A model generated the notes under the pieces. That model searched no databases and was not told where the DNA came from. It saw nothing but the letters and a program-made list of their open reading frames with translations. The translations under genes and the position numbers were made by a program. A stretch of DNA of 64,000 nt from Takakia lepidozioides (lineage: Eukaryota; Plantae; Bryophyta): positions 8,990,001-9,054,000 of the forward strand of contig CM060732.1 of the NCBI GenBank assembly GCA_030704615.1, read 5' to 3'. This document shows positions 38,687 through 51,035 of this stretch, piece after piece (the stretch's first letter is position 1; the number at the start of each line of letters is the position of its first letter).

Positions 38687-41600
38687 TCAGTGAGAGTCTC
38701 GTGAAGGACTCCGTGTGCGAGCCCGAGTCCTGTCACTGGCTGATGGAGATGATTGAGCACTACCTGGAAATGTTTGACCCTCCTTTGGCTGATAACGAGG
38801 TAACCTCTCAGGCATAGGAGATCCCCGTCGTTTCTTCTCTGCCATCTGAAGTGCATAGTCCTCTGCCATGTCAAAAGAGTCCTCTGAAGAAACAGTAGTA
38901 TCAGAATCCTCATCCCCCCTTAGGTGTTTTAACGGCCGAACTTTAAGTGGCTTCTCGGGAATCCTGCGTGGCATACAAGGGCCCACCATGTCTGGAAGTT
39001 TAAATTGTACGACTTGCTGTAAACGCTTGCAAGCAAAATTAGTGAACGCCCTGAACTCCTTAGCCGTGTAGGTGAGAGGTGTGCCAATGACTTTGGAACA
39101 GTGTAAGTATTTCCAGGCTTCATGTCCCTTAAAGAAAATATCCTCACGGCCGAATTTATGTGTTGCCAAATTGTTCCAAGCCGAATTAAACCATGAACGA
39201 AGTTGGGAATCCTTCTGCATCATATATTTTGCATCATATTGGTACATATGAGGTGGCACTGAAGGTAAGACCCAATGATCCCCACTGGAATAACTCAGAA
39301 ATCGTGATTGCATCTTCTGCTGCTCAATGTGATAACGTGCCATAAAACAAGCAGCATAGTATAATCCACAGCCCATGACAATACTAGATACCTCCTTGGT
39401 CTTGGTATAGATGTACCTATGTACAACCTGGAAGGCAATTAATTCCTTTAGCATGGTACCTGCCTCAGAGCAGTACCTTGCAAAGTAATGATCCTCAATG
39501 GGTCGATTGTTCAGAAGAACCTTAGTCCCAGTTGCCACTGGCAACCAAATGCACATGATCTGGTAGTAATGTGCCAACGATTGCGGAGGACAAAATTTCT
39601 TCCAAGCCAAATCCAGCACAATGGGAATTTGGTTGAAGGGCATAATTATAGCCCGACTGTACTCCCATGCAACATGAGTCCTAGGTGGGTTAAAAGTAGC
39701 ATCCCCCCATACCTCAGGCTGTGGTTTGGCTGTAGTAGCAACAGGGTTAGCTACCTGCACAGGCACCTGCTGTGGTATTGGTACCATTGGCCCTTCTACC
39801 ACTGGCATCTCCTGCACCCCCTGCGAAGAAGACTGAAATATGTAGCCATTAGCTGCTCCTCAGGAACAAAGACTCTCTTGTCAATATTTGAACTCAGGTC
39901 ATCCACTTGAGTCTGCAGGCCTTCCACATCCTCCTGTAGCTCCGCTATCCTACTATAGATATTGTCTACAGTAGTTGTGGCAATGTTTTGCACCTGCAAT
40001 TTGAGCTCATTCATCTCGCCCTGGGTGAGCTTCCTTGGTGTTTTGCCTTCTACCGGCCCTTGTGCTAACCAGACCTGCATAAGGTGGTTATCCACCAAGT
40101 CCTGTGTGGCACCCCTGAGAGTCTGCTCCTCCGTGAGTCTGTACACATCTAGCTGCTGCTGTAAAGCCTCCATGCGCTTCGCATGAGGTTCAACCAGGCC
40201 CGCATAGGCAGCAGCCAAATTATTGGCTTCCTTCCAAGCCTTGTTAGCCACAGAGAGTTCATTTCTATTGACCATGACTGTTTGTTGCAACTCCAGGATG
40301 TACCTCTCCTGGTCAGCCTCAACTTGTCTGTACTGTTGGAAAGTATTCTCATTGCGACAGATTGTAGCCTGCAAATCAACAATGAATTTCCTTTGCTCTA
40401 TTATCTCAGCTTTTGCCATCATACATCTCTCCCCTTGTCTGTTAACTTCTAATGCAGTTTGCTCTAGAGCAGTTGTGAGTGTAGCACATTGTATGGTCAT
40501 CCTCTGATGTACTGCCTCCAACTCTGTATGTAGTACGTTCACTTCTTACAACTTGCCCTCATGCTTCACCTGCAATTGGTATAACTGTTGCTTATGTGCT
40601 TCATGCAACTGGTCCTGCTCGAGACCTGCTTCAATCAAATGTCCCTTAGCCAACTGCAAGGTAGCCTTTGTGTCCTCCAACTCTTGCTGTAACTTGAGAT
40701 TGATCTCTTCATCTACCTTGTTAGCACACTCAGTGGCAATTCGAGTCTCAAACTCCTTCCTGAGTTCCTCCCTCAAAGCTGCCAATTGGGTAGATGGAAC
40801 ATGGGATTTCACATAAGTGCCCAACAAATTGAGTGTCATGCTTATGGAACTCATAAGCATGGCCTGCTGGGCGTCATCATGGTGAACTTGCTGCTGTTCT
40901 CCCTGATCCTCCACAGTGTGATCCTTCACCAACCATTCAGGCCATTGCCCCACCAGATCCTCTTCCTGAACCACCTCATCCTCCACAGGTGCTGCAGTGT
41001 CCTTATATTCTACCCCTGGTACCTCCATCACAGGTGTGGATATTACATGCACAGCAGGGATTTCCCTGGACAGACTCTGCACCTCTAGTACCACTGATTC
41101 CCTGACCAAGCCAAAGTTTTCATAGAGAAGGTCACCCTTCTCAATTTCTGCCACGACCTGCTCTGTAGTGGGAATGTCCAACCCTTCTCTTTCTAGAGCA
41201 ATAGGCTCTGGTGGAACAGCATGTACTAACTGAGGTACCTCTGAGACAACCGATTCAACTGGCTGTGATGGCTGTGGTACTGAAGTGACTTCTTCTTCCC
41301 TCTCCAAAGGTCGTGCTTTTAGTAATAACAGCCCTTTGTGCTGCTGTGCCTCATCCTGCACAAGAGCTTGGGAAACATCATCTTGCGGCTTTCTTGAAGC
41401 CAATGGATCCGCCACTACAGTCATACCCCTCTTCAATCTCTTAGACTGGTGTTGCTCTGCCAGTCCACCCTCACTATGTGAAGAACCCTGCTCCTCCATT
41501 GCAGTGGTTGCTGCCTCAAACACTCCCATCTCCTTACGTTCTCGCGCATCAAGTATGCAAGAGTCAAGAATGATCTGAGCAATGACTGGGCCAGACACGA

Positions 41601-42183
41601 TGATCGGAGACTTAGCAGCACTGCCCTGTAACCTCTTCATCTCTTCCACCAGACCATTGTACATTAACTCTGCCCAAGCTACATCCTCCCCTCGCAAGGC
41701 TTTCAGTATCTCCTCTGTGAATGACCTGCTCAAATACTATTGGTTCTATTTCATGGCAAACAGAACGTTCAGTATTTGGCCAACATCTTTGAGCCCTCGG
41801 TACTCGGCTTTGGTGCAAGCGTAACCTTGAGTCTTAAAGAAACTCCCTTCTTGGAACAGATTCTCTATCTGCAATCTTGCCCTGTGCTCATCCACATCCA
41901 CATGACCCGATGACAATTCAAACAATTGCTGCAGGTACTGGGGAGTAATTTCTATATCTACTCCCCTCACCTGGGTTACTCCCGTCCTAGGCTCAAAGTT
42001 CTGAAGAAATTGAAGCATATATTGCCGATGATGCAAGGACCAGTCCTTGGGTAGTAGCCCCTCTAATCGCAACTCCCTCAGCAGTTGCACTGCCTGCGGT
42101 GTAGCAATTGTTTGCTTTTGCAGTATCGTGGTGCTCTTCACCCTGATATCCTCCATTCCCCTCACTCTCTTCATTCTAGACAA
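38687..42183 (-). pseudogene. Large LTR-retrotransposon accessory ORF (plant-transposon/Athila-ORF1-like N-terminus plus coiled coil), broken into 4 pieces
   Basis: Consecutive minus-strand ORFs 41746-42183, 40546-41733, 39796-40542 and 38687-39817 end just before the PPT. The N-terminus has LQFLQNF...QVRGVDIEITPQYLQQLFEL, followed by an E/Q-rich heptad region. Confidence 0.6.
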
Positions 42184-42508
42184 ACAAAAAGGCCTTGTTT
42201 GAAACAGCTGAAGAAAAGCTTACAGGGCACAGAGCATAAAGGTATGGTTGGCACAGAATGGAACGGGTAAGTGCGTGTAAGCCTGTGGGGCTTGCAAGGG
42301 GGGCTGCTATTTCATGAGCGGCATGAGCATGAGCGGGAAAAAAAAAAGCATGAGCGGGCCATTGTGTGTCCACGGAAATAGGGTTAGGAGGCACGGAAAT
42401 ATGGTCATGTGGACTCGTCATAGCAATGAAATGCAACATTTTATTGCAAATTTTGTGCCAAGCCACGTCTATACAAGTGTGTACTAACTGACATAGCAGG
42501 AATGGGAA

Positions 42509-45500
42509 CTACTCTCCTACACCTTCCGAGGAACTTGGCCCTCCTTCTTCCTCATCCCCCTCATCCCCCCCATCCTCCGAGCTCTGTGATGCATTGGTTG
42601 CACTATGCCTCTCAAAAAATCCGTCCTCTCCTTGGGGGACTGTCCACCTCACCTCCTGGGAATCTTCTGCCTCTTCTCCCCCACTTTCCTCAGCAGAATC
42701 CAAGACAAATCTACGAGCCCGACGGGCTCTAATATCTGCTGCCTCCTCCCTCATCTTCATTTTCTTGAGGCTTGCCTCGTCTAAAATCTGTTGTACACGA
42801 CTAGGTTCGGAAGACCTCCTAATGGACACCGAAGCAAGCCGGGCAGCATAAGTAGGAAGGATGTAATCCCTTTCTGGACTAGGCATGAAATCCCCCCTGG
42901 CAAAAAAAGGCACGTTCCTCCTGCCCATGAACTCCGGTGTAGACGTCCCTCCTGCAGTACTTGGCATCCTACAGTAAGAACAAATCCACTTCAAGAATGT
43001 CAATACCAGCAGAAGCAGAAAGGGTTTTCAATGAAATAAGAGAGTGAAGGGAGGTGCCTCACGAAATCTGGAGGCAACTTACAATGCGACCACTCACTCG
43101 TAAACCGGGGGCTCCTCGGCCTCGATCCCAACTTGTTCCTCCCCCTGCTCCTTCTCGGATTTTTCCTCATCCTCCGAGGGTGCCTCTTCCTCTTTGGGCA
43201 GACGTTCAGCCGCTGCAAGTTCCGAGTTGTGGAGGGTAGTATCTGGCTCGAAGGCCAACACATGCCTGTCGGACAACGTCCCTGCCCACATTGAAGCACC
43301 TGAGGAGCAAAGCGGGCGGTTAATAGCTTGCGGCATGCAATTGCAATCGGGCCAGGGGACAAACTGAGCACGTGAAGGCTTACCCGTGCCGCATGTGAGG
43401 TCAAGAATCCGCCCTTGGACATCCGAGCACGTCTCCATGAGGGTTTGGATGAAAGCAGGGCTCCGGGTCCGGCTGTACCGCCACGGTTTGCCTGTCTTTG
43501 TGTCCTTCGGCATACTGGAGTGGGGCACATAGTTGTAGATGACATCGTAGGTAACAGGGTCCACAGCGGCATCAACAAGACGACTGTCGTTGCGGAATTT
43601 GAACGTAGACCCTCTCTTCACAAAGCAATATGCCTCAAACACCAATGTCTGCATATCCAACAAAAGAGGGATGAACTCCGGGATCTAGTTTAGATACACC
43701 ACAATATGAGGTGAATGCAATAGATTGATAACTTACACTTTGGCCCTCTGTTTGCAACCCCTATGTATTGATGCAGAACCATTTTCTGAGGAGGACCGGG
43801 GTGACACTTTTTGGTGTCCATCTTGCCACCACATTCTCTGTGGTCTTCCCTCTTGTGGCAAGGACAACCACACATCCACTGTCATCCAGGAGCATCCATG
43901 CCAGCCCAAACCCGGCTTTCCAGTAGTCCTCAGTAAACCTGTTCCAGTTGGGCACACCATCCAGGCCCTCAAGTAGCTCCCCATCTGGAATGTCAAGGAG
44001 AATCATATCGCAAGCTCTCTCCACCTCAACCCCCCCCGAGTGCTCTTGCAATCCGTGCTCACAGATGTGAAGAATTCCATCATGGCTTCAAAACCAGGGG
44101 TGTCTTTAGGCTCTGTACCGGCAGCCCTCTTCTTGGCTTTCCCCTTCTGCTCCGCCAGAGACTTGCTGTGTGCCACCTTCTTCGCCCTGGCAGCGAGAGC
44201 GTCAAGGAAGCTCTCATTGACGCATTGGATGATGGTTGGAGGTTCTAGCTTTGGCCTGTGCATAAACATCACCGCCGAATACCGCCGTGTAGGCTCGCCC
44301 TCAAATGCCAACTTCTTGGCAGAGCCAGTCCCACTCCGAACTGACTTGGGAACCCGGACGACCGGTGACTTGGTAGCAGCAGCAGCAGTCGCAGGACCTT
44401 GAACAAAGTCGTCGTCCGAGTCACTCCCTTGGGTCCCCTCCTGCGCCTCCTCCGATGCCCCGATGGTTTTCTATTTTTTGGGTGTTACTGTACTCACCTA
44501 TTTCCTTGTCCTTTTCCTTTGGCCTTTATTCTTCTCATTCAATTTCTCCTGAATTCCTGCCTGAGCAAGCTCTGCCGCTTTCCTAGAGTTTGCAAGCACT
44601 TTTGCCTCTTTTGGACCCAGCGGAGGCAGCGGAGCCCGGTTTCGTCGGGCCTCAACATTCAGCTTCAATTGAAACTCGGATGGGTTGAGCGAGTCGGGCG
44701 GAAGGTCCACATACCAAGGGCAATCACGCAAATGTTCCAGATGCCACTCCTTCACAATAACGTCAGTGTACATGGAGTCAGCCCCAGGATTCCTCCATGC
44801 CAGGAAGAATGGTGGCTCAAAAGACAGATGACCTTTCTCCAAAAGGGAGAACTTGCAGTACCTGCATTCATGAAAAACACAGAATGAGGTCCCTGAACTG
44901 GAAATTCGGCACCATTTTCCCAGGTTGGGGCGGAACTGCCTGGGCCTAGAACTGGGAAAATGGCGCCGAATTTCGGTTTTCGGTGCCAGCCACCCTAGGG
45001 ACTTAGCCATTTTGGGAGCCCTGAACTGGAAATTCGGCGCCATTTTCCCAGGTCTGGGCCGAAAATGGCTAAGTCCTTGAACTGACTGGCCCTGGAATTG
45101 GAAAAATGGTGCCGAATTTTGGATTCCGGTGCCAGCCACCCTAGGGACTTAGCCATTTTGGGAGCCCTGAACTGGAAATTCGGCGCCATTTTCCCAGGTC
45201 CGGCCCGAAAATGCCTAAGTCCCAGAACTGACTGGGCCTTGAACTGGAAAAATGGCGCCGAATTTCGGTTTTCAGTGCCAGCAACTCTAGGGACTTAGCC
45301 ATTTTGGGTGCCCTAGACTGGAAATTCGGCGCCATTTTTCGAAGGACCAATTTTTATGCGCCACATGAGGCCTCTAACATCCTGAAATGCAAGGACTTGA
45401 AAGGAAGGCATCGCGTATGTACCTATACAGAAGGCGCATTGCTGCTTTGTCCGCGTTCGGCTGGTCGGTGAACTCGTGGCTCCGGCGGGCAAAGAATAGG

Positions 45501-48042
45501 TTGGTTTTGTACAGCAGAAAGTACCTCGTCACATAGTCGCGTAGGCTCTCTGTTGCAGGAGAAATCTCCATCTTGAACTAATGTGCTTGTGTGTCCAGCT
45601 GCTCTTGCGCATTCGTCGTCACCTGTGGAGATTCTCCATCAGATCGCTTTCCTGAAAAAATACAATGAATCCACCCCCTACAAGAGTAGAAGCGTCAAAC
45701 GAAGCGTGGGGAAGTATCTGAAACCACCATGTCATGCGGTTCATCCACATGTCGAATGTCGGGTCAGACAGTTTGTCCGGTTTGGGGAAGCTCCACATGT
45801 CCCTTGTACTTTGGGAACCATTCCAGATTTGGAGCCACCGGGTCTGTCCAACCACCCAACATATTCTTAAGCGCCAAACACCACAAAAACGAGTTGTTGC
45901 CACCACAATTTGGTTAAGAATGTATCACCTTTTCTGTTGCATCCACACAGGATGTGGCTAGACGATGGAGCTTCTCCAATGTCATCGTGGGCTTCAGAGC
46001 GCGGGAGTAGTGCTCCCCCACCTCCACCAGAAAGTCGGCACCAAGGGCGGGATCAGCTATGGCGACGTACTTTACCATCCGCGACTTGTACTTTATGCGG
46101 GCCCTGGCCTCCGCAGCTTTGAGATACGATTCGAGTGCCGGGAGGGTTAGATTCTTCTCCTCTGACTCCATGTAGAACCTCCGCGCATGTGCCAAATCCT
46201 GCTGAATTTTCGTCTGTCAAGAATGCGCACATAAGATTAGAGATCCTGCTCAACACTTTTTCTTCTATTGGGGGAGGAGAGACAGATTAGCTCAACAAAA
46301 CAGTCAGGAGCTTTACCCGAAATATGTAGTCCACCGTGGCGTCCATGCTCAGCCTATACCAGGTTCTGTCTGCCTTTGCCTCCGACTTGCGCAAGAGGTC
46401 GGCACTGAGCGAATTGGCAAACTTTTGCATCCCCTGCTTCCCGACATCCTTCACTCGGAAGAGCATATGGGACAAGTTGGTGGCAAAGAAGGCATTCTCA
46501 GTCACCCTGCAATGCCACATTTCCATCAAACAATACTGAAATGGGAATTTTGAACAAATATGAGAATTCGCAATGAAATGACTTACAAATTTTGGGTCCA
46601 AAAGCAAGAGGCGTTGTAACTTACGAGTTGATGTCTGCCATTGCAGCTTTGAGAAGACTGCGATCTTTGGGCCCCACAACCTTCAGCACAACACACTCCA
46701 CGGCGAAATGCCAATCGAGGTCGTTGGGGTGGGCTTCGGCTATGTGCTCCATCCATGCCAGGAGGCGATGATTGTCGTCCCACACGTAAAACATCTTTCC
46801 GGACAAGTGCTGGAAAAGAGGATCAGTAGCAATCGATCTCTCGAACTCCTCATTTCGCCTTTGCCAATGGGGACCCCATTTGTCCACCTCATCGGAAGTG
46901 TGGGCACGAGAAACTCCGTGGTCGTTCTCAATGGAAACGTAAAACGCGGCAGACCCCATTCGATATCCATCCCGGAAAGAGAATTTCAGTTTGTCGATAT
47001 CGCCTGGGAGGGCAGGTCTCACCACCTGCAAAGACACCAAGCGGCAAAGGGGAATTCGAAGCTTGGCCGGGTACACCATGCCCCCCAGCACCCTGCCAAT
47101 GTTGCTGTGGGTTGCCTCCAACATCTTGGCAGCGGCCAACTTCATATCCGCCTCCGACATGACGTCTGCTGCAGAGGGGTTCTCCGGCAGCCCACCAGGA
47201 CCGCCAAATCCAGCCTGTATGCTGCGGGTTTGGGGCCTGGGGATGTCCGGGAGGATGTCATCCTGGTCAGAAAGCTCGGTGTCGTCCTCCTCAACATGGT
47301 GAACCACCGGCGAAACCACCTCGAGCACTCTCCCCGTCTCTACTGCCATCTCCCCGGCTTCACCTCGAACTTGCACAATCCGTGCTCTTTGTGGTGTTCT
47401 TTCCTCTCCTCCACTCTCCACCGTATGGGTAATTGCGGGGGCTGCTCTTGTCCGCGATGGTGTAACCAGTGTGTTACTGCCTCTTTGTGGTGTCTTGGAG
47501 GGATCCACCGTCTCTATGCGTCCCTCGCTTACATGGGCATCTGTCATTTCAGCACCCCTGGCCTCTTCAGTGGCCTTTTCTTTTTCCTCCTGGCTAGCCT
47601 TCTGTCTCACTTGTTCTTTTGCCCTCTCTTTTGCCCTCTCACGGGCTTTCTGTTTCTTACTAGGGCTAGCAGCAGGGGAGCCCTCCAGGACGACCACCTT
47701 TGATTGAGGAGAATTGACACCCTCGCGTGCACTGCTCACTCCCCCCTCCGCAGCCCGTGACGGCTCTCTCGCCGGGGATTGCATGTGCTTGGCTTTCTTC
47801 TTCTTCTTTGTGTGGGCGGGCCCTACTGCATGTGCATCAACAACCTCCATTGCCGGATCTGGTGTCCTCACATCCTCACGCCCTTCACCTGCCATGCCGC
47901 CTGCACCAACCTCCCCAATGCCTATTCTGTCGTACTCTCGCTGCAGGTCCTCCCGTCCACCAACAAAAGGTTTTAGTTTGCCCTCCCGCCCCAAGTTGGG
48001 CGATCCAAACATGCGATGAGTTGGAGCTGTCGATGATACCAC
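42509..48042 (-). pseudogene. Multi-exon gene: ParB/Srx-like N-terminal domain plus C-terminal beta-class (N6A/N4C) DNA methyltransferase-like domain (copy A), with some frameshifts
   Basis: ParB-like: LRIPLCRLVSLQVVRP...DIDKLKFSF...FYVWDDNHRLLAW (~46740-47065). MTase-like: DMILLDIPDG...LLDDSGCVVV...RSPAFIQTLMETCSDVQGRILDLTCGTG^ASMWAG...RHVLAFEPD (~43240-44010). GT-AG introns were read at 43300-43383, 43649-43736, ~42970-43098 and ~46508-46624. Confidence 0.7.
44892..45340. repeat. ~145-bp tandem repeat (3-4 units) of TGGAAATTCGGCGCCATTTT motifs in alternating orientation, apparently intronic
   Basis: ctgaactggaaattcggcgccatttt-like starts at ~44892, 45022, 45167 and 45312. Confidence 0.9.
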
Positions 48043-49055
48043 CAGCGTGCCGGGCTCGTCGTCACTCTGTCATTCCCGAAAATCGTGTGAACCAACATCG
48101 GAATGAAAACCACCATCCGCCACGAGCAGCGCAACCACCATCGCAACAATCGTGGAACAACAATGAAAACAAATCCAACCAATGCCTAAGAATGACATGC
48201 ACAAGCCTTCTCCAGAGCTGCCGGCTTTGCATACGCATTGCAAACTATCTAAGGTTCACTCAACCAGTAACTTGCAGAAATCAACATGAAACACGATGAA
48301 CAAATGAACACGAATTCCATAAGACGGGAAAACAAGGTGAAATGTTTTGAAGGCACTTCATCTGCTCAGACAATCTTCTCAGCTCAGCATGGATTTCCTT
48401 AATTCCGAGATGCAACTTGTTATCTACAGCGAGGTGTGCACCCTGTTCTGGCAAGCAATCTGAATGCAGCAACGACCTGGCTCCTTTCTAACCACTCTGA
48501 CCTTGATCATTCTTCTCAACAACTCATGCTTTTGCGATGCAACCATGCGCTTCCAAGGCTGCCAGGCGGAAGATGTGAAAACAAACTAAAAAAACGAAGA
48601 AAACCGAAAGAGGAAGGGGCGGAACCTGAGATTGCTCGGCTTCAGTTGGCGCGGGCTGTGAGCAAGACAATGGAATTTCCTGCTGGAGCTTAAGTTTGGC
48701 CATGCGAGAGGTTGGACGTCGCCCGTAGTACAAAGCCTTCAGCTTCCGCCGCGGTCTGGATGTGGGGTTTCTCTCAGGAGAGCCACGCCCTTCTCCACGC
48801 GGCATAAGTCCCAGCAAAAGATAAAAGATCTTGCAGTCTGTCTGCGTACATGCCTCGAATAGAAGTTCATCCAAGTTTAACATCAGGTTTCCAAGGCGTA
48901 TCCAGGAAAGCAAGCGCGGAATCCTTGTGTCGCTAGCCCGGTTCAAAACCGACGGCGGAGGACATTTAATGCGCAACTACGCCATTCAATGTCGTAGGTA
49001 TGGAGGTCGGTCAAGCGCCCACCCCCCCCCCCCGAGACTGCGTCAATCGCCCGCT

Positions 49056-49800
49056 GGATGGAAAAAATCGGCGCCGAATTTCCATCCAGCGGATGAAGTA
49101 TGATGCAACGAGGCCATTCCTCCGCCCGAGCCGTTCTCATCCAGGAGACGCCGGATGGAAATCCGGCGCCGCATTTCCATCCTGCAGGTAATTCGGAGCC
49201 CGGCCGGATAGAAAAACGGCGCCGAATTTCCATCTTGCAGGCAATTCGGAGCGCGGCCGGATGGAAATCCGGCGCCGAATTTCCATCCCAGAGGTAATTC
49301 GAAGCGCGGCCGGATGGAAAAACGACGCCGAATTTCCATCCCAGAGGTAATTCGAAGCGCGGCCGGATGGAAAAACGGCGCCGAATTTCCATCCTAGAGG
49401 TAATTCGGAGCGTGGCCGGATGGATATCCGGCGCCGAATTTCCATCCGCCAGGTAATTTGGAGCGCGGCCAGATGGAAAAACGGCGCCGAATTTCCATCC
49501 TACAGGTAATTCGGAGCGCGGCCGGATGGAAATCCGGCGCCGAATTTCCATCCGCCAGGTAAGTCCAAGCGCGGATGGATGGAAATCCGGCGCTGAATTT
49601 CCATCCGCCAGGTAATTCGGAGCGCGGATGGATGGAAATCCGGCGCCGAATTTCCATCCTACAGGTAATTCGGAGCGCGGCAGAATGGAAATCCGGCGCC
49701 GGATTTCCATCAAACAGGTAACTCGGAGCGCGGCCGGATGGAAATTCGGCGCCGAATTTCCATCCGCCAGGTAAGTCGAAGCGCCGAATTACCATTCTGC
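49056..49800. repeat. 53-bp minisatellite: 30-bp palindrome GGATGGAAAT(T/C)CGGCGCCGAATTTCCATCC plus a 23-bp linker, ~12 units
   Basis: Palindrome starts at 49153, 49206, 49259, 49312, 49365, 49418, 49471, 49524, 49577, 49630, 49683 and 49736, with an extra copy at 49056. Confidence 0.95.
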
Positions 49801-49984
49801 AGGTAATTCAGAGCGTGGCCGCTTGTTTTATTGGTCTAAAAAGACACAACCTTAAGTTTGAGACACGGTTTTCAGGGAATTCTCGACTGGTTGAGAGAAA
49901 TTCCTTGCTTCTTTTCCATCCCTCGTAGTTCCTACATGGAAATTCGTTGCCGAAATTCCATCTAGCCGCGATTGCGATTAAATG

Positions 49985-51035
49985 CCGAATGGAAATTCGG
50001 CGCCGGTTTTCCATCTGGCCGCGATCACGATTACATGCCGAATGGAAATTCGGCGCCGGTTTTCCATCCCCTCCGCCCGAGTCGACTTTATTCCGGCGCC
50101 CCCTGTTGGATATTCGGTGCCGAATTTCCGTCCGGGGGTTGTAATGTGATGGCCAGGTGCCGGCCTCTCCCCCCGAGCCGACTGCATCCGAACGGCCCCG
50201 GATGTAAATTCGGCGCCGTTTTTCCATTCGGGGAGGTTTTTATGTCGGCCAGTTTTCGGCCTGACCCCCCGACACGACTTCCTTTGGGGGGGCCCGGATG
50301 GAAATTCGGCGCTGAATTTACATCCGGGGGATGTTCTCTGTCGGACAGGTGCCGGCCTCTCCGCCCGAGGCGACTTCATCCGGGCGGCCCCTGTTGGATA
50401 TTCGGTGCCGAATTTCTGTCCGGGGGTTGTAATGTGACGGCCAACTGCCGGCCTCTCCCCCCGAGCCGACTGCATCCGAACGGCCCCGGATATAAATTCG
50501 GCGCCGTTTTTCCATTCGGGGAGGTTTTTATGTCGGCCAGTTTTCGGCCTGACCCCCGACACGACTTCCTTTGGGGGGGGGGCCGGATGGAAATTCGGCG
50601 CTGAATTTCCATCCGGGGGATGTTCTCTGTCGGACAGGTGCCGGCCTCTCCGCCCGAGGCGACTTCATCCAGGCGGCCCCTGTTGGATATTCGATGCCGA
50701 ATTCCCGTCCGGGGGTTGTAATGTGACGGCCAACTGCATCCGAACGGCCCTGGATGGAAATTCGGCGTCATTTTTCCATCTGGGGAGGTTTTTATGTCGG
50801 CCAGTTTTCGGCCTGACCCCCCGACACGACTTCCTTTTGGGGGGCCCGGATGGAAATTCGGCGCTGAATTTCCATCCGGGGGATGTTCTCTGTCGGACAG
50901 GTGCCGGCCTCTCCGCCCGAGGCGACTTCATCCGGGCAGCCCTTGTTGGATATTCAGTGCCGAATTTCCATCCGGGGGTTGTAATGTGACGGCCCGGTGC
51001 CGGCTTCTCCCCTTCAGCCGACATCATCCGGGCGG
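49985..51035. repeat. ~289-bp GC-rich tandem repeat (~3.5 units), each with about 3 variants of the same palindrome
   Basis: ccctgttggatattcggtgccgaattt-like at ~50101, 50389, 50678 and 50941. Confidence 0.9.

Noticed and set aside
46708-47703. 331-aa plus-strand ORF
   Set aside because: It is the antisense shadow of the ParB-like exon and has no motifs of its own.
49056-49800. CRISPR-like appearance (30-bp palindromic repeat plus spacers)
   Set aside because: The 23-bp spacers are near-identical to each other, the context is eukaryotic and there are no cas genes. It is a minisatellite.
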